Part shown: positions 23,039 to 37,400 of the stretch, one piece after another | Position numbering within the stretch: position 1 is the stretch's first letter | Layout: every line of letters begins with the position of its first letter | NCBI GenBank assembly: GCA_964106915.2 | Contig: OZ066915.1 | DNA length: 64,000 bases | Strand: one strand, 5' to 3' | Source of the DNA: Podarcis gaigeae | Lineage: Eukaryota | Notes under the pieces: generated by a model | The model's input: the letters and a program-made list of their open reading frames with translations, nothing else | Told to the model about the DNA's origin: nothing | The model's database searches: none | Program-made: the position numbers and the translations under genes

Positions 23039-26000
23039 GAAGGATGCTAGATCACAAATAATTGCCTACCATTGAATTAGACTCGAATTTGACGATAAGT
23101 GAGATTAAGGAAAATATAAATTTCTTGGAGAACTGCTAGATTCTATTTAAATGAGCGGATATAAGATTGTAAACAAGATGGTAATTTGCTTAGAAAAACC
23201 TTTTTTAACGATGCAAGTGATAGCGGGAGACGTGAGGGAGTCCAAAGAAGTGATGAAATTATGCTATGATATAAATAATGTTGTTTATTATTAATGCATT
23301 TGAATTTGAAAATCTTAATAAATATATATATTTTTTTTAAAAAAAGACATGTTGAACTTTGGCTGAGGGAAACTTGAGTTGACATTCCTGTTCAGTCATG
23401 AAGAATGATCATGTGGCTTTCCAAGGCACAAGTCCCTCTCCAACTGTGGGGATATTATCACATCATATTGGAAAAACAAGTTAAAGGATTGTGAAGCAGA
23501 TTAAAATTTGCTATAGGATGGCTAATAAGAGCTATATAACGTATTACTGCTGCTGTTAATAATAAATCCTACATTATACATTGTAGGCTTGTCTCTTCAT
23601 TGGTCAGTTTTCAATTATGAGTTTTATAAACTGAATTATATCCTTTTTATCGAAACTATACAACATACATTATTGAACCTCGTGAAGGGAGCTGTGGTTT
23701 TCAGAAAGCATTTTGAACACTACATATCCCTTTGTCATTCTAGTTGTGAATCCATCTGTTCCTTACTTTTATCTCTCTCTCTTTGCCCTGAAGGTAGAAA
23801 TGAGCACTAGTCATTTGCGATAAAACTCTGGATAGATCAGGAGTGTTAAGATGTTAAGAACATTGCTACCTATTAAAATGCCCTAGAGCTCTGATTCATT
23901 GCCATTATTTTAAACTTTGTAACTAGGGTAGTCATGCAGGCAGTAAAAAGTCAGGAAAGATGTTCTTTGAATAGACTCAATTATTTTCTTCAAACCTTTG
24001 CCACAAGGAAAATGTGTACAGTGATATAGTGTGTCAAGAACATTTCAAAGAAATAAGGCCTCTTCTAAACCATAGCTCTTTGGGCAAAATGCTTTATTTC
24101 TTTTCTTTAAAAAACAACAACCCCAAAAACTTGTGACTTGAAGCTTATTTTTCCCCTGACATTGCTTGACCTGATATTTAGACATCAGGCTGCTACAACT
24201 GAGATCAAGCTAACTCAAGTCTTCAGCACACACTGAGGAAGTGAGCAGGACACGTGTAGCGCTAATAACTTCTTAAGTCTCCCTCCCAATAAGGCATGTT
24301 GATTATTTCTGTATCTGTTCACATAGGGTTGCAATATTCTGAAGAGCAAAAAAGAGGACTCTATGATGACTCTCATTTTAAATACCCCTGCTATATGTAG
24401 GCTATAGAAACAGTGATATATTGCTGGGGGGGGGCAGGAGAAGAGAAGAGGGAAGCCAGTCTTCAACCTCCAGTTATGTCTATGTCTCATCCAGCAAGTA
24501 TAGCCAGAGACATTTTGGCAAATTTTTTAAAAAATCTACTCAGACAGAAATTTCACCCCTGAAAAAGAGTTTGAGAAAGTTGTAAAGTTTTTTTAAAAAA
24601 CCAACAACTGCAGAAACAACAAAATCCGAGCCTCTAAGCCCAGCTGTGCAAGATGGTTGGCGAAATTAAACATAGAAAATGACTCTTCCTGCTTTAAAGG
24701 TTGGACTAGGTGATTGGTATCCATTTGTCATTGTTCTGAATTGGTCTTTTCCTGATGCATGCCATTCTGACGAGATTTCCTTATAGGCTGCAACTGCACT
24801 GGAAGCCATACCATGGTTTAGGGTTACAAGGATGGGCCTTGGGTTCACCTGCTCTCATCTCCCCTCTCCTCCTCTTTCTGTGCATGGCTATTCTCGTTTA
24901 CTCATTGAAGCTTGCTCCCAGACAAGTTGTGTATAGGATTGCAGGTAAAATTTGGTGAACCCACCAAATTTATTTCTGTGTAGATAACATACTATTGTGA
25001 TGCGTTCTTATCATGCTCCATCCATGATTACTTTTCTTTTCAATAAAAATATAGTCACCAAAAAGATTGTGGCCCTTCCCTGATAAATTTATTGGAAGAG
25101 GAAAGTAAAGTCCGAGCTAGGATTCCTTCTTTTTCTTTCAGTGTTTGGAAACCCTGGGGCAAGGACAACCTGGGTTTGTTGTGTAACTAAAATACGACTA
25201 AATGCTATGGGGCATATGAAGCTGACATGCTGAGTCAGACAATTGACCCATCTAGTATTACATACTCTGACCAGCAACACCTCTCCAGAAGATTTCCAAA
25301 AACTTTCAACTTGAGATCGTTTAACTCGGGGGTTGGGAAATTGTGGTTCTCCAGATGTTGGTCTCCCAGCATCCCTGACCATTGGCCAAAATGGCTAGAG
25401 CTGGTGGAAGTTGGAGCCCAAGAACATCTGGAAGGTCACAGGTTCCTGCATTAACTGGAAATCCTGGGATCTGAACCTTGGACTTCCTGGATGAATCAGC
25501 TCGAATCAAGTTGCGGCTGCTACATATGGAAATCCAGTTAATTGTTATCAAATGCGGAAGTCCTCATGTCTTCATTTTGTTTTGTATTTTCTCCACTGCT
25601 CATTTTTCTTCATTTATTACGAAGAGAGATGGAATTCCTCTGTTTAGGCTATGTGTTTTAGGGTAAAACCATGTTTACATAATACTCATCTGTTTTCCCC
25701 TGTGTATAATGCATTAATGACATTTCTCTCTCTCTCTCTTTAATGGTTTGGACAGAAGAGAACGTAAATGAAAGGGATAGCAAACAGGTTTTTTTTACAG
25801 TTAAAAACACAGAATTTCAAATATATTTTATTAAACCCCACTAAAGAAAAAAGGTAGTAACAATTCTAAACCCAAAGAATAATTTGCCAAATGAGTTTCT
25901 TTGTTAAGGACTGAGAGATTAGGTTTAAGAACTGGGAGATTCTATTGTTGTTTCTTTAATGGTATTAGTATTATTATTTTATTATTTATTAAATTTCTGT

Positions 26001-29000
26001 ATTACCCTTCATCCAAAGATCACAATATAAAAACACGAAAATGCATACTGTAATAACAAACAGAAACAATACCCCTCCCCCAGTTTAAAAGGCATCACAT
26101 GAAGTTTAATTTACATCATTTGCAGATTAATTGATTTCTCGAACATTGCAATTGTAATCATACCGCTAATCCAAGGCAGGTGAAAGGGATGAGCAAATTT
26201 GGGTCTGGAAAAGTGTCATCAGTTGCCTTCCCAAAGAGAGAGTAGAGAAGGAGTGGCAGATAGGATCTAGGACTTGTCAGCAGCCCATTTCAGGGACTGA
26301 TGGCCTGGTTTGCTACCTGCCAATCGCTCCTCAGAGTGACCCTCAAAAACTAGTTGCTGAAGAGAACATAACGAAACATTCACTAGATTTTATTTCACAC
26401 CTGCACATATCAGTCTCTATTCCACTTCCACCATAAGAAGTAATTTAGCTGGGCAAGAATCGCTGTGATGAAATGGACATCTCATAGTCAACACCAAGCC
26501 TTCTGCATTTCCTTCCCGTGATCCTCCCTTCTCTTTTTCGCATTAGCCTCATTAAACAAACAAACAAACAAACAAAACAAAACAAAACCACCCAGCTTCT
26601 TAAGGTAGGGAAAGCCTCTAAAGCACCATCAGTTGCAAGATGTTGCAGCTCGTGGAAAAAATGGTTAGAGCTCTTTGATGCAAGGAAGAAGTTTAAGTGC
26701 CCACTAGAGGATCTTTGACTCCTGGAATTCACAGAGGGGTAAATTGAATTGGAACACACTTTAAAAGTAAACCAGCAGGTTTTAGCCGTTTCTACTTTTA
26801 CATTAAAATGCTTTCAAAGAAATGTGATTTGGAGGAAAATGAATTATGGTTTGCTTCTTCTGGCTGATTGTTAAGAATACATTGGGTCAAGGGTTGCTTT
26901 GATGTGCATTTAGAAATGGTGTCTGGTATAACAAAAGATACTGAATTAGACAGAGAAGGGCATGGACAATGGAAGAATGGAGACCGCCTAATGGTTTACA
27001 GTTGTTTATCATATTAATGATAAATTGTTTTTAAATGATTGTCTCCCCCCTGTTTTTAGCTGTTAGTATTATAGCTATAAGCTGCTTTGGGTCACTGTCA
27101 GGGGGAAAGGCAGGATATTAACATCAACAACATTCTGTAAAGCCCAACAACTGCGAGGCAAATGTAGTTTTATCAGTGTGGAGGGACACACACACACACA
27201 CGTTCAAATTTTGCATAGAAAAAATAACAACAGCTCCCCTGTTAGCTGTCTGTGTATTCAGTTTCTACATTTGCAACATTTAGCAGGCTGCTACCAAGTA
27301 TCTCTAGGTACTTTTCTTCATGTCATACCTCATCCCATTTGATGGAGACATTTTTTGGAATACAGGGTTGTGTAGAATGCTGCCCATTCCACTTGTACAA
27401 CAAACTTATGTTTGTGCAGTGGAACTTCTGCCTCTTCTCCACCGTAGGCCCTCCCCTGTGCACCTCAAAATCTGCTGCAAAGAATTAGGGAACCATTCTG
27501 AGCAGATTTCGGGGGGCACATTGGGAGAGGAAAGGAAGGCAGAGTCCCATTGTGCAACCTAAACTCCAAACACACAGTGCTGTGTTTCTCTTTCCCTAGA
27601 TGAACCTTATTGCCAGCTCTGTGTTTCTTAGATACGCCTCCATTATTCAAACTGAGCATAATCCGCACCCTAATGATTCACAGAGTTTCTGAGCCACAAG
27701 AGATGTTCTTGGAGGGTGATTATTCCAGTGCTAGCAATTATGTAGGACAATCTTCTGTGCAAAATGCCCTAAGTTATTTTCTTTCTTTTAAGTTTAAAGG
27801 AATTGTTTAATGCCTTCCCAACTCCATGTTCCACAATTAATTAAAGTTTTTAAATAAATTATTTTTATGTTCAGAACAGTTGTTTCCCCACCCCACCCTT
27901 GCTTTTCTTTCACAACCAAATTGGCCTTGAAAGCAATATGTGAAATTTTGCAAACTGAATTTCTTCTGAATTTGAAACATCCATTATGATTTCAACAAGT
28001 TTGCATTGGTACAAATTAATCCAATAGCTTCCAGGAAGAATTAGGCAAGTGACAAATTGCGGTCGCTTTCTTCAACAGAATTCTTCTGAATGCGAAAGCT
28101 TCGATCTCTTCAGACTGAAAATGAAGCTGTAGCCTTCAATGACCTGTCTAATGAAAGGTTTAACCACAGTGTCAAGCAGGTTTTTGCTGTCTTTAGGAAT
28201 TTGTTCCATATTCATGGCCTTCCTTAGTTTAATGTAAACAGGCACCCCAGCAGCTGTGTCCCCTTAAGCAGTTTTTTATTTAGCATCTGGGTTGTACACG
28301 TCACTTGGTAGCCATGGATTTTCAATTTTTTCCTTGTGCCAAGGGGGCAGTGGGAATAATTTGACTGCTCATTAATTTGAGAGAAATATGAGCTGTGTAA
28401 GTCGGACAACATGAGTCTTCTGTATGGTGTCGTACAAGGATAAGCGGATCATGGTAGAAGCAATTTGCCCTGTCCCAAGGGTGCCTTAGACTTTTAATAA
28501 GCTAGTTATGAAAATTCTATTTCTTTGCCATTTAAAGAGTCTAATTAGTGCCTGTAATATAACTGGAGTGGATGAAGGTTAACGTTAGGCCTCCAGAGGC
28601 TTTTCACATTCAGTTACAGATAGAAATCAGGTAACAGTTTGTAGCTAATTAGAATAGTGTATTAAATATTCAGTCCATCTTGATTTGACTCTAGGAGCAC
28701 ATGGATTCTGTGAAGCTACAAAAAATGATAAAGGGGAGTTAAATTTTAATTTTTAATCAAAGATAAAGACAATGTACTGATTTTAGTTTTGAGTACAGTA
28801 TGCTGATAGCCTAAGAAGCAATTGCCTCGTAGTCTGCTGAAACATCAAGATAAAGGGAGTTGACTTAATTTCATCACTCCTGCATTTTGAAGCCTGAAAT
28901 ACTTCACAGCTGTCTAATTAACACAGATTTTCAATATTTATTTTGTATTCTGCTTGTGTGACGAAGCCGCTGGCACTGATTGCATGAGCTGCTATGAATA

Positions 29001-31184
29001 GTTCAATTTGTGAACAATTCAAGCTGTCCGGGAAGTGGGGGGCGGGATAGTCGGAATGTTTGCAACAGAGATGGAGAAACGAGGCAAGAAAGTGCACTGA
29101 AGAAACTCATGGCGCTTTAGCAGAAGGTACTGACTAAAAGAAATGGAACAAAGGCCCCTTCAAACTGGTGATTTCTGCAGGTGTATTGTGCAACATGTCA
29201 TTGATGCAGTAATAGTGAATTAGTGGTGGGTTTATACTGGGCTGTCCACACATAATTCAAATTTATTAGTCGTTCAGTGATGCTTTCCCAACATTGGTGG
29301 AGTCACTCATGTGCGATGGTACAGTAAAAGCAGGATCAAGAGCAAACTCCCCTCCCCCCAGGACATTTGTAGTATGAAAAGTTCCAGTAAGTCATCAGGG
29401 TGCTACAGGACATGCACCAATTGGAAGCCAAGCAGTATGTCCGCCCCAAAACTTTTGCATGTGCAAACAGTATTGAAAGTGGGATTGTGTATTACAACCA
29501 TCCTGATACAATCATGAGTGCAAATCATCATGAATGCACAATAAAGAGGGCATCCAGAGGTATCCAAAGTGGGCTGTGGGCAGTGAAAACAGGCATCCAA
29601 GGAAAACATGGGCATCTGAAAGAGTAAGGAAACCAAGGAGGGCTGAGGCAAAATCTCACAGGGGACCTACAAACTGTAGGATAGAACTATGTATGCAGTT
29701 GTTCTGAGATCCTTAGAAAATGCAAGAGGAACACAGCACGCCAACAGCTGTATTTTGCTGGGCAAACCATCTAGCACAGTATTGTCTTCACTACAGTATT
29801 TTCTTCACTAGCAGCAGCTTTCCAGAGTTTCAGACGGGAGTCTTTCCCAGCTGCACCTGAACATGCCAGTGACTGAGCTTGGAATTTTTTTGTATGCAAA
29901 GCATGCACTGTACCACTGAGCTGTGGCCCTTGCCCTGATAGTTACTTAACGGTTAATGTAGGTAATATATTTCAGCCGAATACATTACTCAGTTACAAAT
30001 ATTGCTAAATTCAGGAAGGAAGGCAGGGAAGCTATTAACCTCAAGGCTGAAACCCCATCACTCATTTTAGAATTTTAGGAAACTTTGTGTTCTGCTTTTG
30101 GCCTCAGAATCTGTATCTTTAATCTGAGATTTTCTCTCCAGCATTTCTGATGCTATCAGATCTCAGGCAGGTAGGTAGACAATTAGTGGCAAACCTTTCA
30201 AATGTCACCTTATTTTGTTACCTCGCTGTCTTGGTTGACAATTTTTACAAAATGGTTTATAGCTGCAATAATCCCCTCCAAACCAGTTGTTATGAGAGAT
30301 AAGAGCTTGTTATCAGAGTGTTTATCACCTTTGACTTCACATTGGGCTATTACAAAACAAAAGAATGAACTGGAGTAAGGCTGCCAGGTGTATTAAATTA
30401 TATTATGAATTATAGAGATTCTATGATGGGGATTAGTGTCCAAAGAAAATCGCAGCAATTGCCAAACTCATTATCTGATAGGATTGCAGCCTGGACAGAA
30501 TCCCAGGGGTAAAAGGTCAGCACTTTATCCATTATGTCATCCCACTAATCTCTGTCTGCTGTGTGCAGAGTGCAATATATTGTGAATGTCTCTCCCTGAT
30601 TCCCTGCAACATCCTGCAGTTATCTGGAGTATCTGGAGTAAATAGGGGAGTTTATAACTTTGGCTTGGGGGGAAAAATCAGGCTGACTGAGCTCTATCTT
30701 GCTTGACAGACATAAAACAAGACCATTGTACCTTTGGCTGCTTAGTTCACCTGCACTACTGTCGCTCCTGTAACTTCTACATGCTTCATTTGGGTTAATG
30801 ACAAAGTTCTTTTGTGTCTAAATTGTTTGGTCGCCTGTGTGTTAAAACACAATTAGTTTTGTCATGCCAAGCTTGATATATTTCCCCCACTTCCACATCA
30901 CATGCTGCTGAAATACCCTTTTCAATAAACCACTTTGTATATCAATGCAAACCCTTGGAAGCAAACCATTTGGCTGAAATACATATTAGACTCAAACCTG
31001 TGGCTGACAACTCATTTCTTCCCCACCAGCTGCAAGTAGGAAGGCAGCGTGGATACTTGGAATGTGATGAAATCTAACTGTTATAGGGGAGGGGAAAGGA
31101 GGAAGTGTATTATGGTACTGTGGCATTAGCTACACACTGTAGTTACAGAGATTGTAATTAGTTACAGTCTAATTAAACCTGGCC

Positions 31185-31600
31185 AGAAATGACACATTCT
31201 GAAAATCAACTGGTATGGAAGATGCAACTGGTGCAGAATGCAGCAGACAGGGTGTTGGATGGTACTACTGGCTAGTCGCATATAATACCATTTCTTAAAG
31301 ATCTACACTGGTTGCTACTGGGTTCCCAAGCCAAGTTTGAGGTGCTTATGTTGACATACAAAGTACTAAATGACCTGGGCTTCAAAATCTGAAGGGGTGC
31401 ATCCTCCAATACAGATGTGCTCAGATGTTGAAATCTTCAGGAGAGGTCCTGCTAGTGGTTCCACTGCCATGTGAAGTTTGTAGGGCAGTGGTGTGGTCCC
31501 CAGGCTATGGAATACCATCTCTGAGGTGCATCTGGCCTCAGCATTGTATATATTTTGACACCAGGTCAAGGCATACTTTTTGGCACAGGGACTGGAAGAT
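31185..31600 (+). mobile_element. Old L2 LINE 3' fragment
   Basis: Decayed QLVQNAA..R and LKDLHWL codons (CAACTGGTGCAGAATGCAGCA, CTACACTGGTTG). Confidence 0.65.
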
Positions 31601-32921
31601 GTTACATGTGTTAAGCTTTATGTAACCCTGGGACTGCATGGTAAAGAGTGGCCTATAAACACCCATAATTAAAGTCATATAAACATTTTTTAGCGCCTTA
31701 TTCTTTTTCTTGCTTCCTCATCTCTTGAGGGTGCTCAAGTTGAATATGCATGATAATGCTTTTCCACATTGATGTTGTGGGTACTGAAGAACTATTTTGG
31801 GAATCCTGGAGGCCAACAAATCTATACCCAATGCTGTGTAACCGTATATGAAAAAATAAGGCAGTTCCTTCCAGGCTACATTCATTACATTGCAAAGTTT
31901 AGCATTTCTACTAGTTTTGCTTAAGAAATCAAACAGTCTGGTCAGAAGGATTGGCTTGAAAAGTGAAGTTTGCTTGTCAAGCACCATTTTTCTGACTTAG
32001 GTTGCAAGTTCCCTGAAATTGAATCCCAGAAAGCTGTTCTTGTCTGGCTGGCCAAGGGAAATCAAGCCTGCACTTGAGAGAATGTGTGGAGTGACTATAG
32101 CTCTTAGTAGAACTATGTTAAGCATGCAGGAGCTTTCTGATTCAAATCCTGGCATATATGTTTGAAGGATCCCAGGTGGAAGGTTTTGTAAGGTCTCTGC
32201 CTAATTTACTTGGAGACTGCTACTGATCCAAGCAGACAGAAGATGATTAGGCCAGTGGTGTAACCCATTAGGTTTGTTTTCGTGTAAAACTAAACCAACT
32301 GTGGCTTAGTGCAAACTAGAAAGCATGCTTTGCTCCTTCCTGATTCTTCTACTGCTGTGTGATACCAGGAGCTTGCAGTTTGTCTGGAGATAGGTAAACC
32401 ATTAGCCCCAGTTTGGGCACCAGGCTAAGTCAAACTATGACTGAGTTCAGAAAAGAACCAAACTAGCTGTGATCTCTGCTCTAGGAGCTCACATTTTTAC
32501 TTATTCATGCTAAGTCATAGTTTGGCTTAGTGTTATGTGCAAACTGGGTCACCATAAGGTAGCTTCATCTGTTACTGTAAGTTCACTGTTTTCTAAAACA
32601 TGTTTATTTTGGGTGAGACCAGCCTAGAGTTCTTGTTGGTTCTATTATTCCCTACTGGATCTGTCTTCTACCTTTACCTGTTGTACTAAATATCTAGGCA
32701 TGTGTCTCCACTGATTATTTTGTTTATTCTTCCTCTAGGTGTTATGAAACCATTGTTGAGGGAAAAGAAAAGGTTTTTTTTGAGTGCGGTGGGTGGGTAC
32801 TGACTATCAGATAATTTTTAAGTCTTAAGGAAATTGCTGTGCCAGGAAAGCAGAAATGCTTGTGCTGATGGAATGATATCCTTACCTTTGTGTTGAATTC
32901 AACCCCTTTATCTAGGGTGGG

Positions 32922-33458
32922 TGTCAGGGACTGTCAGGGCTCCAAAGTGTGTAGGGTGGAGGCAGGGGGCCAGGGGAGTGACCCAGGAGAGGGGACTAGC
33001 CAGGGCAGGTGGAGGAGGAAGAGTCAGGCCATCCGAGAAATTGTGCAGGATTTGGTAGAAGAAGAGGCTATTCTGGTGTGAGATGAGTCAGTAGACTACC
33101 CACCTTTGCCTGCCCTGCTGTCTTCTATAACCAGGAGGGGCTTAAAGTGAGAAGAGCCATGGCAACTTCAGCACAGGAGAAGAATCGGCTTATGGGCGTG
33201 CAGCCCGTCAGGGGAGGGTATGTAAGCTGGAAGAGGGGGAAGGGTCTCACCGTTGGTGCAACTGCTCTGTAGCGCACAGATCTGAGGGACAGGTGCCTAG
33301 TGACTAGAAACGTGTGTGTGTGTGCGCGCGCATGTGCATCTGCAGCACCATAGAAGTTGCTGTAAGTGCTTCCTTTGTCAATAAAGACTTAGCTATCAGA
33401 CATGTGCCTTCTTTAGCTGGGCTTGGCCAGGACCAGAGGCTGTAGATCATTGCTGATA
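32922..33458 (+). mobile_element. Probable Gypsy-type solo LTR
   Basis: Begins TGTCAGGG; purine-rich U3-like part, TATA-like GCTTAAA near 33140, AATAAA at about 33380, degenerate CTGATA end. No clear TSD; right boundary uncertain. Confidence 0.5.
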
Positions 33459-33582
33459 CGTACAAATTATTTTGAACTGGGAGCTCTAAGTGACAAGTTA
33501 AAATTGCACAGACGTATCCCCAGTTATTTAAATCCCAACCTAGAGACTGACACTTCCCTCTGACAGGCCTTGGGTGGCAGGT

Positions 33583-33728
33583 CAGTGGCGTAGCATGGGG
33601 GGTGAAGGGGGGCCGGCTGCACCGGGCACAACATCTGGGGGTTAGGGTTAGAGGGTGCAAATCCACGGGTTAGGGGGTGCAAATTACTTGCCTTGCCCCG
33701 GGTGCTGACAACCCACGCTACGCCACTG
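33583..33728. mobile_element. Short TIR element (MITE) with CAGTGGCGTAGC termini
   Basis: Perfect 12-bp TIR CAGTGGCGTAGC / GCTACGCCACTG; only a 3-bp direct repeat (GGT) flanks it. Confidence 0.8.
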
Positions 33729-34187
33729 GGTCTGTGCTCGCTTACAGACAGCACCCCAACAGCTATTCGCCACCACCAACTGTGGGCAGACAGTAAAGAC
33801 TATGACAAAGAGATGGACTGCAGCCAATTCCTTTTGTTTAAGCATGTGCCAAATGGTTATGCGTTTGAAAGACAGGGTGTGTGGGAAGGGTGGGTGGGTG
33901 CAAACTAATCCCTCTTAATAGAAACCATCCCAGAGGATGGGCAAGTTCTGGGTGCACTGTGATGTTGTTCCCAGCTGCAGAGCTCCTATATAAGACCAGT
34001 TGGTAGTCATTCACTTATTTTAGATGACAGTCAAACACCCACCAGGTTGAAAGCTAAAATGTCCCCTACCCACAGAGAAGATTCCCCCCCACCCTTCAAG
34101 TATGCAGCTCTTGATATTTTGTCCTTTGAAACTCATTTGGAGCCACTGACAACTGAATTGACTTTGATTTGCACCATTCCACCCATA

Positions 34188-34413
34188 TAGTGGTACCTCA
34201 GGTTAAGTACTTAATTCGTTCCGGAGGTCCGTTCTTAACCTGAAACTGTTCTTAACCTGAAGCACCACTTTAGCTGATGGGGCCTCCTGCTGCTGCCGCG
34301 CCGCCGGAGCACAATTTCTGTTCTTATCCTAAAGCAAAGTTCTTAACCTGAAGCACTATTTCTGGGTTAGCGGAGTGTGTAACCTGAAGCGTATGTAACT
34401 CGAGGTACCACTG
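34188..34413 (+). mobile_element. Tigger/pogo-like MITE
   Basis: TA|TAGTGGTACCTC ... GAGGTACCACTG|TA; internal TAACCTGAAGC repeats; same family as 61381-61622 in opposite orientation (strand label arbitrary). Confidence 0.88.
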
Positions 34414-37400
34414 TAGTTCCATTCCTTTGACACACCAATCCGAGTGGATACTGAGACAGGACCAAGGATCTGCCAATTACCTATACAATATAGGCTGTAT
34501 CTATCTTTGGTGTATCTTTGCTCACAGATACAGAGATAGATGCAGGAGATCTAAAAATTCCTTTCAGTGCTTGCTGGACCACGCTGGCTCTCATGTTCTT
34601 AAGTACACAGCAAAATATGTGCTCAAAGGCACAAGTGCATCAAAAGTCTGCTGAGCCCTTTCATGGTACTCAGGGCTACTCTACAGACTTGTGAATTGTT
34701 TTTAAGTGCTTTGAGGATCTCTAAAAGGAGTTTGCAAAGAACTCCTTCTGCTTGGTTGTCTTTTTGGCTATTGACTAAATAAAGTCTAACATGGCTCTCT
34801 TGTTTTTTATTTGCAATAAAGACAGCTGTCATTTCTTGGGAGAAAAGTGAGTAAGGAAATCTATTCAGACAGTACTGTCCATGGAAATGGCTTGCAGCTG
34901 TAGGCAAAGGTCTCTGTTTCCCTGGCGGCTATAAGCCAAAGTCCCCTCCTTTCCCTCTAGTAAATTTAAGTAGTTAAGATTATTATTTGGCCAGCTGTTG
35001 CGCATCACACAGAGACTTCAGGCCTCCAGAAACATTCAGCAGGGAATAATGAGCCTTCAACTGTCAGCTGCAGGAGGATGTATCCTATAGCATTATCTTT
35101 TAACTGAGGCTGCAATCCTAGGCATGCTTTTTTAGGGAGTGAGAATTTAGGGGGGGTTTCTTCTGAGCAAATATTCTTAGGATTGTGCTACCCCCCAAGC
35201 CAATGCCCACTCCTGGATTGCTGCATCTGAAGGAGCAGGACAAAAGGCTTCATTCCATTTTTTTAAAGCAGCACATAGAGAAGAATGCTTGACAAAGGAA
35301 AATCACATGCTTTCTAGAGTGGGTGTCCACAACTTGTCGCTCACAAAGCCAAAAGCAGCTTGCCAGCATTGCTCACCATTGTCCAAATAGACCTGCTGTT
35401 TTTTTGCCAGATGGGGGGCGGGGGGGGGGGGAGGAATATTATTAAGCACTTGCATACATTCATGTGCAAAATGTTTCTCAACCTCCTCTCCTTCATGGTA
35501 CATCTTCACTAATTATTGTGGTTTTTCTCCCTCATTTTAAATTAATTATGTTTTATATATTGTTATACTTCTGGAAGCTGCATTGGGAGGTTGTACCCTG
35601 AAAGTCAGTTTACAAATATTTCATATAAATAAATACTGAATAAATTATAAATAGTATTGTCAGTCCCTCTTGACTACTGCTTCAGTGCAACCCCACTCTG
35701 CTGTCCTTTTGCTGTTCATTGGACAGTGATCCCAACAATAAAGGAACATAATTTCTCACGCAGCCAGTTCAGAGTGAGGGCATTAAGCACTACCCTCATT
35801 CTGAATGTGAGCTTGAGAGGGATATGCTCTGTAAGCACCAATAGTCATATTCTAATCTGAAATATCACTCACACAAGAACATTTTACTGGATTGCTTTTT
35901 TAAAAAAGAATTATTAGAACACTTGAATTAGTCTGGGGAGACATGAGTTCAAATCCTCAAACACTATTTTTCAATCTATCACAGTGTTTGTATGAAAATC
36001 AAATGTGTGTGTGCAGGGGCAGTCATTATCTGCAAAATATTTACCACAGGGGAGTGATGATGTCCTAAGCAAGGGAAGGTCAACAGGGCAAGGCACAACA
36101 ATTAAAGTCAACAATCAGCACTTCAGAAGATCAAGGTGTGGGTTCAGGACCATGGATAGTGCTCCTGCAGCTGAACAAACATCCAAGTTGTCTCAGCAAC
36201 TGGCTGAGTTTTATAGAGGGCCTAGGAAGTCATTGACTGGAAGACACACCCCCTGAGTGCTGCCTCCTGGCCATTTAAAGGAATGGTTTCTTCTTTAGCC
36301 ATTGCCTGCAGAAGCAGGTAATGGGTTCTCAGCTGTGGGAATCTCTCATGATTCTCCAGGAAGTCTGTGGCCAGCCATCAGAGTCTTACAGCAGAGAGGT
36401 CTTTGAGCAATGCTCTGGGGAGGGCAGGGGAGCTTTGGTTCCTGTTGATAGACACAGGACATACTAGGGCATGGATGCATCTCTTCTGTAGAACTGCAGT
36501 TGTAAGAGGACTCTGAAGAGTCATGGTCTGGGGTCATGACAACTTGTACACCAACCCAAGCTCATTGGATGAAGGGTGGGATTAAATTTAAATAATGAAT
36601 AATTTCTCTTTCTAAGATGCTGCTCTCCCTTCTCACAAAATATTCCCAAAGGTAGGAGCCAGACACCTCATTTATAAATGTGATTTATAATCTTTGAACC
36701 CTTCAGACCTGTAAGAGTAGCAAGTTAACTGGGGGGGGGAACCACATAGATGGGATTTGGACAGAAGGCTGTGTAAATAAATCTGTCGTCTAACTCAAGG
36801 CAAGCTGCAGTAATAAAAATGACTTGGCCAAGAGAAAATGCTAAGTGGAAAAAGTAAGACAACTGTTAATTATCTGTACTTCTCAAAACACCAAAGCACT
36901 ACAAGCCAGTAGGGGTTGTAGGGCATCCATATCAAAGTTGCAAACATAGCAAATGCAGAGCTGTAACAAAGCCAGGAGTATTGTTATTTTCTTTTTCTTT
37001 TTAGGCAATATATGCTTGTGGTCCAATATTTCAAAGTTACATAAAGCAGTGCTCACAACTGAAAACTAATGTTTCTGCCGAAGCATACTTCCTCTCCCAC
37101 AGAGGATAATCTCTACGAGGCGTAGTAGGTCGTTTAGGCCTCATAGGCTTAAGGCTGAAAATTAAAATATTTCATTTTTGGCTGCTCTCCCAAGCACCTG
37201 AGTTCCATATCTGTGTAACGCGGGGTCATGTGCAACACATGGGGAGCAGCCTGGGTAGATGGCAATTTTATACAGTCAGGTTAAGAGTACAACTCTGCTT
37301 CTTTGGCTCAACAAAAAATCAATGGAGAACATGTGTGACTGATTGCTCATTAACTTTGTATTAGAGATACTGTGACACTTGTGCATATTTCCCACATAAT

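Larger units (their letters stand above)
18612..23344 (+). mobile_element. 5'-truncated L1-clade LINE, young copy, sense to host gene
   Basis: 17-bp TSD AGACATGTTGAACTTTG at 18595-18611 and 23345-23361. ORF1 C-terminal part, 15-nt spacer, ORF2, about 300 nt 3'UTR, AATAAA near 23317 and a short A tail. Confidence 0.95.
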
